DNA of 64,000 bases from Hypanus sabinus (GCF_030144855.1 NC_082731.1:28954001-29018000), one strand, 5' to 3'. Shown: positions 38,410 to 52,359, numbered from the stretch's first letter. A program made the numbers and translations. The notes: generated by a model not told the origin, from the letters alone.

Positions 38410-39385
38410 GAACCACTGGGGGTCAGAGGAACACATCCAAATATTGAGCCTTCAGTTAAACTGGCTGCTGGAACAGTAACTGACAGTCTCTGGGTGTCAG
38501 TGTAACAGTCAGGCAGAGAGAGGCTGCTGGACAGTGTGGGTGAATCAGTGCCCAGGAGGATTCTATTGTTCCAGGAGTTCCTGAAACTACAGGGGCTCTT
38601 CAGATGAATATGTCACATTGAAAGTAACAGACAAGGAAAGGGCAGGGTTTTCATTCATCAGTTAGTATCTCACTGATAGGACGTTTTATACAATCCCTGC
38701 TTTCACTGTCTTTTTCTGTCAATGTTTCATTACCTTGCAATAATTTGCATTTATAGGTTGTCTTCCATAGAGTTTTGATCTGAGCTTGTGTTCATTGGAC
38801 TCTGATTTTGTTATTTTACAGTTGTTTTGACTTGATCGTTGACAACCATGAGTTGGCATATTTGGTGATGTATATGGTCTACTCACTGACACTGCATTTC
38901 ATTCCCTCCAGCACTGATGTACAATGTAGACTGTCTGTTCAGTGTTTGCAAAAGGTTTTACTTCTGACTTACAACATGAGCAGGTTTTCTTTACTCATTC
39001 TGTCTGTTGTAACCCCAGCACGGACTGTCCTCATTCAGGGATTCGACAGTTTCTTCCATTGATGCTGCTCAGCCCGCCAGTAGATTGTGTGTGGTTGAGG
39101 ATTCTAGCATCAGTTCACTCTTGTGTCTGGATTGAAGTCAATTTGACCAGAAGTATTTGTTGCCTTGCAGTGATAAACTGTAACCACTAGGGGTCAGAGG
39201 ATCATCTCCAAATATTCAGGCTTCAGTCTCACCGACTATTGTAATACTATACAACATCCACTAGGTGTCAGTGTAACAGACAGAAGATGGAGAAGTGGGT
39301 GAAACAGTGCACAGGAGGATTCCAGAACGTCAGGAGTTCCTGAGTTTGCAGGATCTCTTCAGCTGAATATGTCACATTGAAATGT
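38410..39385 (+). repeat. Local cassette copy (P-R-Q-short element-P)
   Basis: Colinear with 30770-31655, including the ...cagatgaatatgtcacattg block end. Confidence 0.85.
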
Positions 39386-41030
39386 GTTTCCCTCCACATC
39401 CCAAATACATGCGTAACTACAGTCAAGTTGGCACAAGCGAATAATGGTGCCTCGGGTGATATCTTTCAGATGGTCCATGAAACCATTTCTTTCACTTATT
39501 TTACGTCTTTCTTTTAAATGTGGTTCTGGCATTGTAACAGTGAGCTAAAGTTTGATGTGATGTGATGTGGGCCAATTGACTGATCTGGCGCTTTGCTTTC
39601 TGCAAAATCAAACCAGTCAGCTTGACAATATATTGTGGGAACTTTTCCTGTCTGTAGCCCACTTGATCTTGTGTATCTCCATAAGATTACCTCTCAGTCT
39701 CCAACAGGTCAGAGTGTTTCACCAGAGCTGTGGAAGTTAGAGATCGTTAAAGATTTAATAAACAAGTACAGTAGCAGGAAAAAATCCTATCCCACTGTTA
39801 TGTTGACACTCCACAGTGACTGATTCCAAGATATTAATTATGTTCTGTAATTTGTCTATTCACTCCAAGGAATGTCCTATTCTGGACAACCTCTCCTTTC
39901 AACTCAAGTCATGGCAACATCCTTATAAATCTTTTCTGCACTCTTTTCAGATTAATAATATCTTTTCACCAGGAGTATGAATAAAATTGGAACTGTTACG
40001 TATTCAGGCAACAATAAATATATGAGATCGGCAAGGGTTTCTTATAACAAACAACACGTTTATTAAGCACAGAAAACAAACCCCCCAAAAGTAAAGAAAC
40101 ACTACCGTAACCGGAAACAGCTGCTGAGTGGCAGCCCAAACAGTTCGTAAAGTGATATTCCAAAAACAGTTCTTTAAAGTGGTATTGCCAAAAGTTCGAT
40201 ATGGTCACAGTCCATTTAAAAGGAGAGACTTTATAAGACGATGTAGGTTCTCTTTCACGTCGCTTGCTTCGATCCCCGACGTCGAACTTCCCACTAAGAA
40301 TTCACAAAACAGAACGGCTTAAAGGCACTGACCTTTCCTTCTCCACTACCTTCAATCCTTTCTAGTTAAACCTAGGGATTAACACAAAGATAGTCAACGA
40401 AATCCTTCCGAATAAGGATCAAACAAAGGTCGCCCCCATTTCACCGTAGAAAGCGATTCTCCTCGATCTGTAACTTCCAACTTCAAATCTTCACTCTCCA
40501 CTAATTCCGAACTAACAGAATCATAAAGAACCTGCTGGCAATGACCTCTTAAACTTTAGGCATTAAATAAAAACTTCATCCTTCAGCTAAACTGCGTCAT
40601 CACTTCAAACACGCAGTGGCATGAAGTCAACTTGGCAAATCCAGCCACGAACTGCCCCTCCTCACAGGGTGGGGTCTACCTTTTATAACCTGTAAAAATA
40701 AACCGTCACATGATCTCTACTGGCGGGAAAATGACGTCATTCCACCATCACAAGACCATCACCTCAAGTCCAGTACAGCTTCAACCCCAGTCACATGACA
40801 AGGGCTCCACTGTCATGTGTCACGAGTACGTAACACTTCCCTCCAAAAAAAACATTTTTGGTCTGACAAGAACAAAAAATTTTAACAATTGCTTACAAGA
40901 AAAACAAAGGTATAAATTTTATAACATATACAATACACAACACCATCATAGAACAGCTTATAACTCACAATACAGTAGGAGTGTTACAATTGAAAAAAAA
41001 AACACTGCATAAAAAACTAACAGTGCACAT

Positions 41031-42450
41031 TCAACATCGAGATAGACGATCAGCCACCACATTATCTTTACCTTTAATATGAGTTATCACAATATTGTAC
41101 TCTTGTAACATCAAACTCCAATTTAATAATCTTCTGTTTTTGTTTTTCATCTTAATCAGGAAAACTAACAGATTATGATCAGTGTAAACAATAAGTGGTT
41201 TTTGAGTTGTACTAACATATACCTCAAAATATTCCAAAGCTAAAACAAGGGATAACAATTCTTTCTCTATTGTCGAATAATTTCTTTGATGCTTATTAAA
41301 GAAAAGTAAGCTGCTGGATGATCAACCTCATCACCCTCATTCCTTTGCATTAATACTGCTCCTGCAGCCTCATCACTAGCATCCACAGCCAATGAAAAAG
41401 GTTTTCCAAAGTCAGGTGCCTTAAGCACAGGTTGTTGACATATCACTGTTTTCAATTTTTCAAATGCTTCTTGACAAGGCACCGTCCATACAAACTTCTC
41501 ATTCTTCCACAGAAGGTTAGTTAATGGAAAGGCAACATTAGCAAAATTCTTACAAAATTTCCGATAATATCCTACCATTCCCAAAAACCTTCTGAGAGTC
41601 TTTTTCCCCGTTGGAGTGGGAATCTCTAAATTGCCTGAACTATAGCCTGAACAGGAGCTACCTTACCTTGACCCACAACATAACCAAGGTAAGTCACAGT
41701 GGCATGTCCAAATTCACTCTTAGCTAAATTAATAGTTAAGTTAGCTTTTGAAAGCCTTCCAAACAATTTCTCCATCGCAATAATGTGTGCTTCCCAAGTA
41801 TCATTTCCTGTCACTAAATCATCAATATAAGCATCAGTATCTTTCAATCCCTGAATCACAAAGTTAATCATCCTCTGGAAAGTACCTGGGGCATTCTTCA
41901 TCCCAAATGGAAGAACATTATACTCATATAACCCAGATGGAGTTACAAATGCAGAAATCTCTCTACCTCTGTCCGTTAATGGAACACACCAATACCCTTT
42001 CAATAAATCAATCTTTGTAAGGAACTTTGCCTTTCCAACTTTATCTACACAATCATCTACTCTAGGAATTGGATATGCATCTGTTTTCGTTACAGCATTC
42101 ACCTTCCTATAATCCGTACAAAACCTAATACTACCATCTGGCTTTGGCACCATAACACATGGCGTACTCCAATTCGAGTTAGAATGTCTAATGATATTAT
42201 TCTCTAACATATATTCAATTTCTTTCTCAGCAAGTTCACATTTTTCCATGTTCATCCTATATGGATGTTGTTTAATAGGTTTGGCATCCCCAACATCTAC
42301 ATCATGTGAAGCTATAGTAGTCCTTCTCGGAACATCTGGAAACAACTCCTTATATTTCAAAATCAACTCCTTCATCTGTTGTCTCTGCTCTAACTGCAAA
42401 TGTGCTAATTTTTCATCAATATTTTCCAGAATGGTTGAATTTGGTAACCT
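41031..42450 (-). pseudogene. pol: Gmr1 reverse transcriptase and RNase H
   Basis: IKQHPYR, RFCTDYRKVN, DLLKGYW, PFGMKNAP, YIDD, VDASD, EKELLSLVLALEYF and DHNLL. Confidence 0.95.
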
Positions 42451-42610
42451 AACAGAAACAATGTTGGATTTAGAATGAAAGTCAGATGAATCATCTATCA
42501 TGTTCCTAGTTAAATCAAACTCATTCTCACTAACCACAACAGTCACAGTATCAGATTGTTTCTCAAAATATGGTTTCAACATATTTATATGGCAAAGTTG
42601 TGTTGACCTT

Positions 42611-43951
42611 CTACGATCTGGAGTTTTTAACCACGTAATCCACATCATTGATTTTAGACACAATTTCATAAGGACCATGAAATCTAGCTTGTAAAGGATT
42701 TGTCTGCACTGGGAAAAGAACCAACACCTTATCTCCAGGCTTAAACATCCTCATCCTAGCTTCTTTATCATACCAAGTCTTCATTTTCTCCTGAGCCAAC
42801 TTTAAATTTTCCTTAGCTAAGCTACAAGCTTTATGTAACCTGTCCTTAAATTTCAACACATAGTCCAACAAATTAGTGTGTACTTCCTTATTAATCCACT
42901 GTTCTTTCAACAAAGCTAAAGGTCCTCTAACTCTATGCCCAAACACAAGTTCAAATGGACTAAAATCTAAAGATTCCTGTACCGATTCCCTTACTGCAAA
43001 TAAAAGCAAGTTTATACCCTCATTCCAGTCACTTTCATTTTCCACACAAAATGTCCTAATCATATTCTTGAGGGTAGAATGAAACCTCTCCACGGCACCC
43101 TGCGATTCTGGATGGTATGCAGGCGAAGTGATTTGCTTAGCTCCCAATTTATAAACTATCTGTTGAAACAATCCAGACATAAAAATACTGCCTTGATCAG
43201 TTTGTATCTCCTTAGGTAATCCAAAATAAGTAAAAAAAATTATAAGGGCCTTTGTCACAGTCTTAGCTTTTATATTCCTAAGTGGTACTGCCTCTGGAAA
43301 CATAGAAGAAGTACACATGATAGTCAACAAATACTGATAACCAGTTTTTGTCTTTGGTAATGGACCAACACAATCTACAAAAACTTTAGAAAATGGTTCA
43401 CCAAATGCTGGGATAGGTTGTAATGGAGCTACTGGTGTAACCTGATTTGGTTTACCCACAATTTGTCAAGTATGGCACGTTTTACAAAACATCGCCACAT
43501 CTTTTCTTAGACCAGGCCAGTAAAAATGTTTTAAAATCTTGTCCACAGTTTTCCCTACCCCTTGATGTCCACCTAAAGGCACACTGTGAGCTAAAGTCAA
43601 AATCTCATTTCGATAAACTTTTGGAACAACTACCTGGTAAACAACATTCCAATCCTCACTTGCAGGAACTGTAGGCGATCTCCACTTCCTCATCAACACT
43701 CCTTTTTCCAAGTAATATCCTACTGGCACCTTATCAATTTCACTATCTAGTAAAACTTGCTCTCTTAATTTTATAATCTCAGAGTCTCTATTCCGCTCTG
43801 CTATCATCTCCTTCCTAGACAAAGATAAATCTTTATAGTCAGACTTACTCCCAGAATCTTGTTCAAACAGCGAAGATAAGAAAGTTTCTGACACATCCTC
43901 AAGAAGCCTGAGTTGAACAGTCCTGAATAACAACCTCATTCTGCATATCAA
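42611..43951 (-). pseudogene. pol: Gmr1 integrase (upstream of RT)
   Basis: HHCC HSVPLGGHQG...CKTCHTC, VFVDCVGPLP, TDQGSIF, YHPESQGAVERFHSTLK and FHGPY. Confidence 0.95.
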
Positions 43952-44270
43952 TTTTTTTAGCCATAGCTCTAGTCACAACACAGGAAGAATCTGTGTTAGA
44001 ATTCAATTCTGGTTCCTCTGACTCCATTGTCAAATGCACTTCAGGAAAAACTTGTCTACCTGCCAAGTCATTACCTAACAATAAAGAAATACCCTTCACA
44101 GGTAAGCTATACTGTAATCCTACTTTAACAAATCCTGTAACTAACCCTGATTTTAAATTTACTTTATGTAAATGTGCAGGCGTAAAATCACTTCCAACAC
44201 CTCTTATGTAATTTACCTCACCAGTATCAGACTCTTCATTAAACTTCAACACACTGTCTAACATCAATGA

Positions 44271-45523
44271 TTAAGAAGCACCAGTATCCCTAAGGATTTT
44301 TATTGGCACCAGAGTAGATCCTTCCTTCAAGGATACAAACCCTTCAGTTATAAAATGATCATATCCCTTTCTAACTTGGTCAGACTCTAACAAAGCCTCA
44401 TTTGTTTTTATCAAACCCTGTAACTTTACAGGTGCATCAGTATGTTGCACACAAGCATCTGGAACTGCTTCCTTCTCTTTCTTTTTCAATTTGAAACAGT
44501 TAGCTTCTTACAATAGTTACAAGTAAGACCAAACTGTCTTTCCTTCACAGGCTTTCCTTTCTCATCAACTTCCGATTTAACTTCAGATTTACCTGGAGTC
44601 TCCATGTTATTTTTCCTCTTAAATATTCTGCCCTGAGGAAATTTGTTCTTATGGATCAAAACATAATCATCAGCTAATCTAGCACAGTCCTGCAATTTAT
44701 CAGTATCCTTCTCATTTAAGTAGGTCCTTACTTCAACAGGAATGCTTCTTTTAAATTCCTCCATTCAAATCAGCTCTCTCAATGTATCATAGTCCCCATT
44801 TACATTTTTAGAAGAAACCCATCTCTCAAAACACATAGCTTTATCATAGGCAAATTCCATATAAGTGTTTTCCACAGACTTTTTCAAACTTCTGAATCTT
44901 TCCCTATATGCTTCTGGGACTAACTCATATGCGTTTAAAATATGCCTCTTTACAATATCATAATCAAGAGCTTGCGCAGCTGTGAAAGCTGTGTAAACTT
45001 GTTGTGCTTTGCCCTTAATTACACTCTGTAACAACACTGACCATTTATCTTTCGGCCACTCTGACATCCGAGCAATAGCTTCAAAATGTTGAAAATACCT
45101 TTCCACTTCTGTTTCACTAAATGGAGGGACCAATTTAATTTCTTGACTAGCAACAAACGGTTTTTTAGAACCAGAAGACTGATTTCCAGTCCTTAATTCC
45201 TCCATTGCATATGCAAATTCTCTCTGCTTTTGTTCTGCCTCCAATTTACACCTCTCCAAATCAGCTTTACTTTGTTACAATTTCATTTGTTCGATTTGCA
45301 ACTGCATCTCCAGATTACTTACTTGAAACGACTCTAAAATCGATTCATCAAAAACACCCGAATCCACATAGTGTGACGCGATTTTTCTCTGTATTACAGC
45401 CTTAGAAGTAGTCTGTAAAATACCTTTAAGTTGCAATCTACTAGCTATCTCAAACACCTCAGTTTTTTTCGCCTTCGCCAACAGCTCCGCAGCTGGCGAA
45501 GCCAGAAACTCATCAATATTCAT
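44271..45523 (-). pseudogene. gag: Gmr1 gag-protease start (copy 1)
   Basis: MNIDEFLASP..., KLVPPFSETEVERYFQHFE, a CNYCKK knuckle with a 17-bp deletion relative to copy 2, and protease IKILRDTGAS. Stops at LK.*, RELI* and GAS*. Confidence 0.92.
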
Positions 45524-46999
45524 TGCTGCCGAATACCACAACAAGCCAAACAAAAGAACCGAGTAATCCCCGTTTCCAAAACACCGATTTAAAAGTTAGC
45601 AAGCATTTAAACTCAAATGATTCAATCCAGACGCAGCCCCCATATTTAATGTTACGTATTCAGGCAACAATAAATATATGAGATCGGCAAGGGTTTCTTA
45701 TAGCAAACAACACATTTATTAAACACAGAAAACAAACCCCCCAAAAGTAAAGAAACACTACCGTAACCGGAAACTGCTGCTGAGCGGCAGCCCAAACAGT
45801 TCGTAAAGTGATATTCCAAAAACAGTTCTTTAAAGTGGTATTGCCAAAAGTTCGATATGCTCACGGTCCATTTAAAAGGAGAGACTTTATAAGACGATGT
45901 AGGTTCTCTTTCACGTCGCTTGCTTCGATCCCCGACGTCGAACTTCCCACGAAGAATTCACAAAACAGAACGGCTTAAAGGCACTGACCTTTCCTTCTCC
46001 ACTACCTTCAATCCTTTCTAGTTAAGCCTAGGGATTAACATGAAGACAGTCAACGAAATCCTTCCGAATAAGGATCAAACAAAGGTCGCCCCTGTTTCAC
46101 CGTAAAAAGCGATTCTCCTCGATCTGTAACTTCCAACTTCGAATCTTCACTCTCCACTAATTCCGAACTAACAGAATCATAAAGAACCTGCTGGCAATGA
46201 CCTCTTAAACTTTAGGCATTAAATAAAAACTTCATCCTTCCCCTAAACTGCGTCATCACTTCAAACATGCAGTGGCATGAAGTCAACTTGGCAAATCCAG
46301 CCACGAACTGCCCCTCCTCACAGGGTGGGGTCTACCTTTTATAACCTGTAAAAAAAAACCGTCACATGATCTCTACTGGCGGGAAAATGACGTCATTCCA
46401 CCATCACAAGACCATCACCTCAAGTCCAGTACAGCTTCAATCCCAGTCACATGACAAGGGCTCCACTGTCATGTGTCACGAGTACGTAACAGAACACAAT
46501 ACACCAGATGTAATCTCACCAGCGCCTTCTACAATCGCACCATATGTCACCAACTTTATATATAATGTTCTAACTGACGAAGGCCAGCATACCAAAGCAC
46601 TTCTTCACCACCCTGTCTTCCAGTGACTCCACTTTCAGCAAACCATGTACTTGAACTCCAAGGTCGCTCTGTTCCACAACACCCTCCAGGGCATTGTTGT
46701 TTACTGTGGAAGTCCTATCTTGGTTTAACTTTCCAAAGATTCACACCTTGCACTTCCCTGAATAGAACTCCGTTTGCCATTTTTCAGTCCACTTATTCAC
46801 CAAAACAAAACCTCACTGTAATTTTGATAATCTACTTCGCTCTTCACTTTACTACTTACTTTTTGGTGAGCTGCAATCAGTGCGAGTGGTCATTCATTGG
46901 TGATCTGGCATAAAGTTTGAAAAGAGTTCAGGTGCTTTTGGGACATTTTGGGGTGCTGTATTCATAGCAATCTGTTAGGCACTTGGGAGAGAGGGGTAA

Positions 47000-48097
47000 G
47001 CGGTGCAGCCATTGTGTCAGTGGACAGTGTTAGAGTGCTCTGGCTTCAGCTCAACAGGCATCCTTGAAATCAAGCTTGGGGAAGCACAGGTGAATGTTCT
47101 AAGTTTTTTTTTAAATGTTAGTACATAGCCTGTTACGCTGAGAATGGGTCCAGAGTTACTGATATGTTCCTTGCCTGAGTTTTGGGAACTTTTGAAGACC
47201 TCCGGTCTCTTTGATAACTATATTTTCACAAAGTGCACCAAGGTGCAGCCCCTGAGAGGCCGTGTTGAGGAACTGCAGCTGCAGCTGGATGACCTTTGGC
47301 TCACATGGGAAAATGAGGAGGTGATAGATAGGAGCTACAGTGAGGTAGTCACCTCTAAGTTACAGGAGGCAGGTACCTGAGTGACTACCAGGAGAGAGAA
47401 GGGGAAAAGGCAGCCAGTGTAGAGTACCCCTGTGGCTGTTCCCCTCAATAATAAGTATATTGTTTTGGAAACTGTTTGGGGGAGGACCTGTCAGGGGGCA
47501 GCCACAGTGACCTGATCTCCAGCACAGAGTCTGTCTCGGTGACTCAGAAGGGAAGGGTAGGGAACGGAGTGCAGTAGTGACAGGGGATTCCATAATTCGA
47601 GGAGCAGACAGCAGACTCTACTAAGTAGAAAGAAGAAAAGCTGGACCTTCAGGATAGTAATGTCTGGAGTGATGCCTATGCCCTGCGCTGGTGACGGTAA
47701 GAATAGGATGATTTGACAGATGAATGTGTAGCTGAAGAATTGTTGCAGAGAGCAGAATTTCAGATTTCTGGATCACTGGTATCTCTTCTGGGGAAGTATG
47801 ACCTGTACAAAAAGTATGGCTTACCCCTGAACCTGAGGGTGGCCAATATCCTGTGGTCAGGTGTGCTAGAGCTTTTGGAGAGAGTTTATATTAATTCTTC
47901 AGGGGGATGGTAAATTGTGTGAAAGGGCGGAGGGTGGGACAGCTGGTATATGACTAGGTCCAGTCTGTAGTGAGACTGTGAGGAAGAACAGGCTGATGAT
48001 AGGCAAAATGGCAGTCAGCGGGTTGAGTTAAAGTGTAACGGAGGCCAAAATCGAAAAGGGTGATTTTGGACTGAAGGTATTATATCAGAATGCATGC
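47000..48097 (+). mobile_element. CR1 5' part (ORF1) fragment
   Basis: FTKCTKVQPLRGRVEELQLQLDDLW...; paralogous to 31700-32600. Confidence 0.8.
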
Positions 48098-51000
48098 TGT
48101 GAGAAGAGACCTTGGTGAGAACGGTTAGGACCCAAGTGCTGGAGTATCTGAGGTTGATATCAAGACACAATGTGAGATTGAAATGAGAATAGAATACTAA
48201 ACCAGATGCTCAATGATAATCCAAGTAGCGCTGACGATTGAGCACTGAACCTCCATTCACATACTCCACAAGTATTGAAATTTGGTGCCAAAACATGGCT
48301 GCCAATTAGTGGGACAGTCCTGAATCCTTAATGGGGCCACGCCAGCTATCCACATTCTGAAGAATTAGAGCATCTAACTCCTGGAAACTGGCGTGGTTGG
48401 GTGCATGTCCTAACAGGACCTCCTTCCCAATAGCCGACTCTTGACAGCCCTGGCTGCTCAGAAAGATGGTGATGGTAGTCGTGGATAAGAGCTGGATCCA
48501 TGACGTCCTTTTCAGGAATGCAGCACCGTTCCTTGGGTAAAATCCTTCCTAGTCCATAAGGAACTACCGACCAGTTTGTTAATCTAAAATTCTTCTTGTG
48601 GTGAAGGCTTATTCCCTATCGACACACCTCGGTGGCAGCGGAACTGCTGATGGTGGGACTAAAGGACTGGTGTCAATGGGTCTTAATGTGGAGATGTGGA
48701 GAGTGGGACTATTCTTGAGGGTCTTGGGGAGCTGCAAGGTGGAAGCCACTGGGTTGACTTTCTTGAGAACCTTGAAGGGTCCAATGAATTTGGGCACCGA
48801 CTTTCCAGACTCCACCCAGAGGGGCAAATCCTGAGTGGACAGCCAGAACTGTTCCCCAAACTGCAAAGTGGGTCCCTGTGTTCTCCTTTGGTTCGCCTTG
48901 ATTTCAGACATCCAAGTGGAAGCCAGCAAAATCTCCCTTGTCTTAGTTCATTTCCCGTTGCAGGGTTGAACGAGATCACCAGCCTCATGAACCCCAGCCT
49001 CGGCCTCCTGCTCAGAGAAGAGTGGTGGATAATACCTGAATTGGCATTCAAATGGGGACATCCCATGTGCTGAATGATGTAAAGTGCAGTGGGTGACCTC
49101 TGCCCACATCGTCAGGTCTTTCCGAGCGATTGTTCCAAATCTTGGTTCAGCCACCCTATCTGGCCATTGGACTGCAGGAGTAACCCAGAGGAAAGGCTCA
49201 CTGTTGCCCCAATTAGCTTACAGAATGCCCTCCAGAAACATGATGTGAATTGTGGACCGGGATCTGACAATGTCCACCGTGTATTCTGAAGACCTGGTGC
49301 AGGACAATTTTAGCTGTCTCAGCCGCAGACGGTAGCTTATACAAGGCAATGAATTTGCAGGCCTTCGTAAAATGTTCAACAGTTACCACGATCACAGTCT
49401 TCTCCTTGGGAGGCGGGAGACCCGTGACAACATCCATCGTGATGTGTGCCCATGATCTGACTGGAACGGGCAGAGGGTGAAGGAGCCCTTGAGGTTGGGT
49501 GTGGTCTTACATGCCTGCACATTCTGCTGAACCTTTCTCGCCATTCCAGGCCATCAGTATCTTCTTTTGATGAACTCAAGTGTCCCAACAATCCCTGGAT
49601 GAGAGGTCATTCTCACTGCGTGTCCCCGTTGAAGTACCTGTAACTTGACAGAACTTAGGACTAACAGGTGGCCTGGAGAACCATTCTCGGGAATCTCTCT
49701 TTGAACCTGGGCATTGCGATCAAGCACGTCAACCAAGGAGACAAGGCATCTGGTTTCTGGATTGTTGACCCTGGTCGACAGGTCAGGATGAAATTGAAGT
49801 GGTTGAAGAAAAGAGACCACCTGACCTGTCTGGAATTTAGTCTCTTGGCCCCCTCAAGCCAGTGACTTCATTCCTCCAGAGGCAACTTGACCGTGAGCAG
49901 TTCTCTGTTACCGATGTCATACCGATACCAATGGCGGCTATCCTCTGCTGGGGATAGCCGTCTGGAGTGGAATGCACATGGGTTAATTTAATTTCATTGT
50001 CTGAAAGTGTTCATTGAGACAACACTGCACTCACTTGAATGTCTGAGGCGTCCACTTCCATGAGGAAGGGAAGGTCCAGGTTAGGTGAATCCAAAATGGG
50101 AGCTGTCATGAACCGGTGTTTGAGCTCTGCAAAAGCAGCCTTCGCTTCAGTGGTCCAAGCAAAAGGGCCCATGGATTTTTCAGTCAGACCTGTCAGTGGA
50201 GCCGTCACTGAGCTGAAGTTCCTAATGAATTTCCAGTAAAAGTTGGCAAACCCCAGGAACTGTTGGACTGGTTTCACATTGGATGGTTGTGGTCAGTCTC
50301 TGACTGCCTGGGTCTTAGTTGGGCCAATCTTGAAATTGCCATGAGAGATGATAAAACTCAAAAATGAAACAGTGGGCACATTCGGACATTTCCAGCCTAG
50401 CTTTACATGAAGTCCATGGTCTAGAAGCCTCATTAGAACACCCCCGATGTGAGTGATGTGGTCCTCCATGCACCCTGAGAAGTTTCGGATATTATCCAAG
50501 TAGACAAAGAAATACTTATGGAGAGCATCCTGGAGCGCATCATTTATAAAGGCATGGAAAACTGCTGCAGTGATTGCGAGGCTGAAGGGCATGACCAGGT
50601 ACTCAGTGCCTCGTTGCTGTGTTGAATGCAGTTTCCACTCGTTGCCCTCCTTTCTGCAGACCAGATTGTACGCACTCCGCAAGTCTAGCTTTGAAAAAGC
50701 TCTTGCTCCTTGCAGAATCTCGAATGCAATGTTCATGAGTGAAGGGGTAATGATTTTTGGCTGTTTTCAATTTAGCTTTCTGTAATCAATGCATGGCTGC
50801 AGGCTTCCACCCTTTTTCTGTACGAAGCAGAAACCCACACAGGCTTATGAGGTGGAGGGTTGAATTAATCCCATGGCAAGAGCCTCTTTTATGTAATCTT
50901 CCACGGTGCTTTTCTTCATGTCTGAGTGCACATACAATCAACCCCACAGAGGACAAGTACCAGGCAGTCGATCGATAGCACAGTCATCGGATCAGTGTGA

Positions 51001-52355
51001 TAGAAAAGTCGAGGCCTTTCCCTTCCTGAATATCTCTTCCAAATCCTTGTCAAAGGAAGAGATTTCAACCAGTTAGCGTGTTGCAATTTCCTCCGAACTT
51101 TCCTTTGAGGACGACTCCTGAGGCTTCTTTGGTGAGTGGGGTGATTGAACAGACCTCGGAGTCTCCTTCATAGGTTTATTAGACTCTTTTGTTAAAACAG
51201 TGGCTTAACAAATGGTCCTTGCACCCCCAGGACTCAGCTCCAAGGGTCTGCATTTAGGAGTCTTTACTTTATTTGGGACCTTGTGGCATGATCCTTTTGG
51301 CTTAGCTGCAAGGTTGCAGACACCTTGGTTTGCTGCTGAAGCAGAGATCCCCGCTCTCTAGTTCTAGCAAACCCCCAACTAGACGAGGTCGAGTCTTGCA
51401 CAGTCCCGTTGACCAGAACCATCTTAAGAGCAGGACTGGGTCTCCAGATGGCCTCAGGTTATCCCGAACTGGAGTCTTCCCCTTCATCGGCTGTTGGTCT
51501 CATTCGAGTCTGGGGGTTTGGAACACCATGCAGAAAACATACCCTCTTGTAATGACTGGACCAAGCAATCATCCTCCCTCCCTTCCAGTTCATAGAAGGG
51601 TTATGCTGGGACAGTAAAGTGTGCCGAGGATCAGGGGTATGAGAGGCGAATCACTGATACAGAAACTAATGTCCTTCACATGATCCTTAATCCTCATCCG
51701 TAAAACCAGTGTCTGCCGCTGGATCTGCCCACAGCCTAGCAGGCAGCCGTCCAGGACAGGTGCGGGCATGGACTGGCTCAGCTCCTGCAGTGGTAGTTGA
51801 GCTGACAGGCGGTCCCCAAGTCCAGAAAATTACCATCTGCCCCAGAGTCCACAAAGGCATTCACCTCTCTTCGGCTTTTACCCCAGGAGATCAATGCCTT
51901 CAGTGTGACACCAGAATCCCTGGGGTTGGGAGTAGTGGCTGCTGCCATCACAGTTCTCCCGACACTGGACAGTCTCAGCAGTTCTCCCGACAGCTGCAGC
52001 TTCGGACATTCGGTCAGCCGGTGCCCTGCTTCCCCACAGTAAAAGCAGCCACCTGAGCGACTCTGGCTTCCACCTTGTGAGAGTTGCCACATGGCGACCT
52101 GGATCTCCAGGCTCTGTCTGGAAATCCTCTCGCTCTGGCTAGACTCAGCAGATGAGAGACTCTGATACCCACTGGGTCCGTGTTAGGCTCAATCGTACTG
52201 TGATGGAGACCGAGGCGAGGATGGTTACGACTCAAACGCTGGAGTATCTGAGGCTGGAATCCAGACACGATGTGAGACTGAAATGAGAACAGAATACTGA
52301 ACTAAACGCCAGGTGATAATCCAAGTAGAGCCGAGAACCACTGGAAGTCGACACA
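48098..52355 (-). mobile_element. Decayed chromoviral (Sushi-like) Ty3/Gypsy element
   Basis: Related terminal segments at 48098-~48505 and 52199-52355. Knuckle CFYCGEAGHRLTECP, protease FVDSGADGNF, RT KLDLRSAYNL/VYLD, RNase H EVDASD, integrase DVVTGLP and GPFKV. Most of gag is deleted. Confidence 0.85.
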
Positions 52356-52359
52356 GTTG

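Larger units (their letters stand above)
39994..46491 (-). mobile_element. Complete Gmr1-type Ty3/Gypsy LTR retrotransposon (disabled), 4-bp TSD GAAC
   Basis: Two 842-bp LTRs (39994-40835, 45650-46491) with TGTTACGTA...TACGTAACA ends and about 20 differences. TSD GAAC at 39990-39993 and 46492-46495. PPT GGAGGGAAG. Degenerate tRNA-Pro PBS at 45625-45642. The empty site rejoins a CR1 fragment. Confidence 0.97.

Noticed and set aside
52158-52172. GGGTATCAGAG resembling the plant tRNA-iMet PBS
   Set aside because: It lies inside the degenerate gag start rather than next to the LTR, and does not match the vertebrate iMet 3' end.
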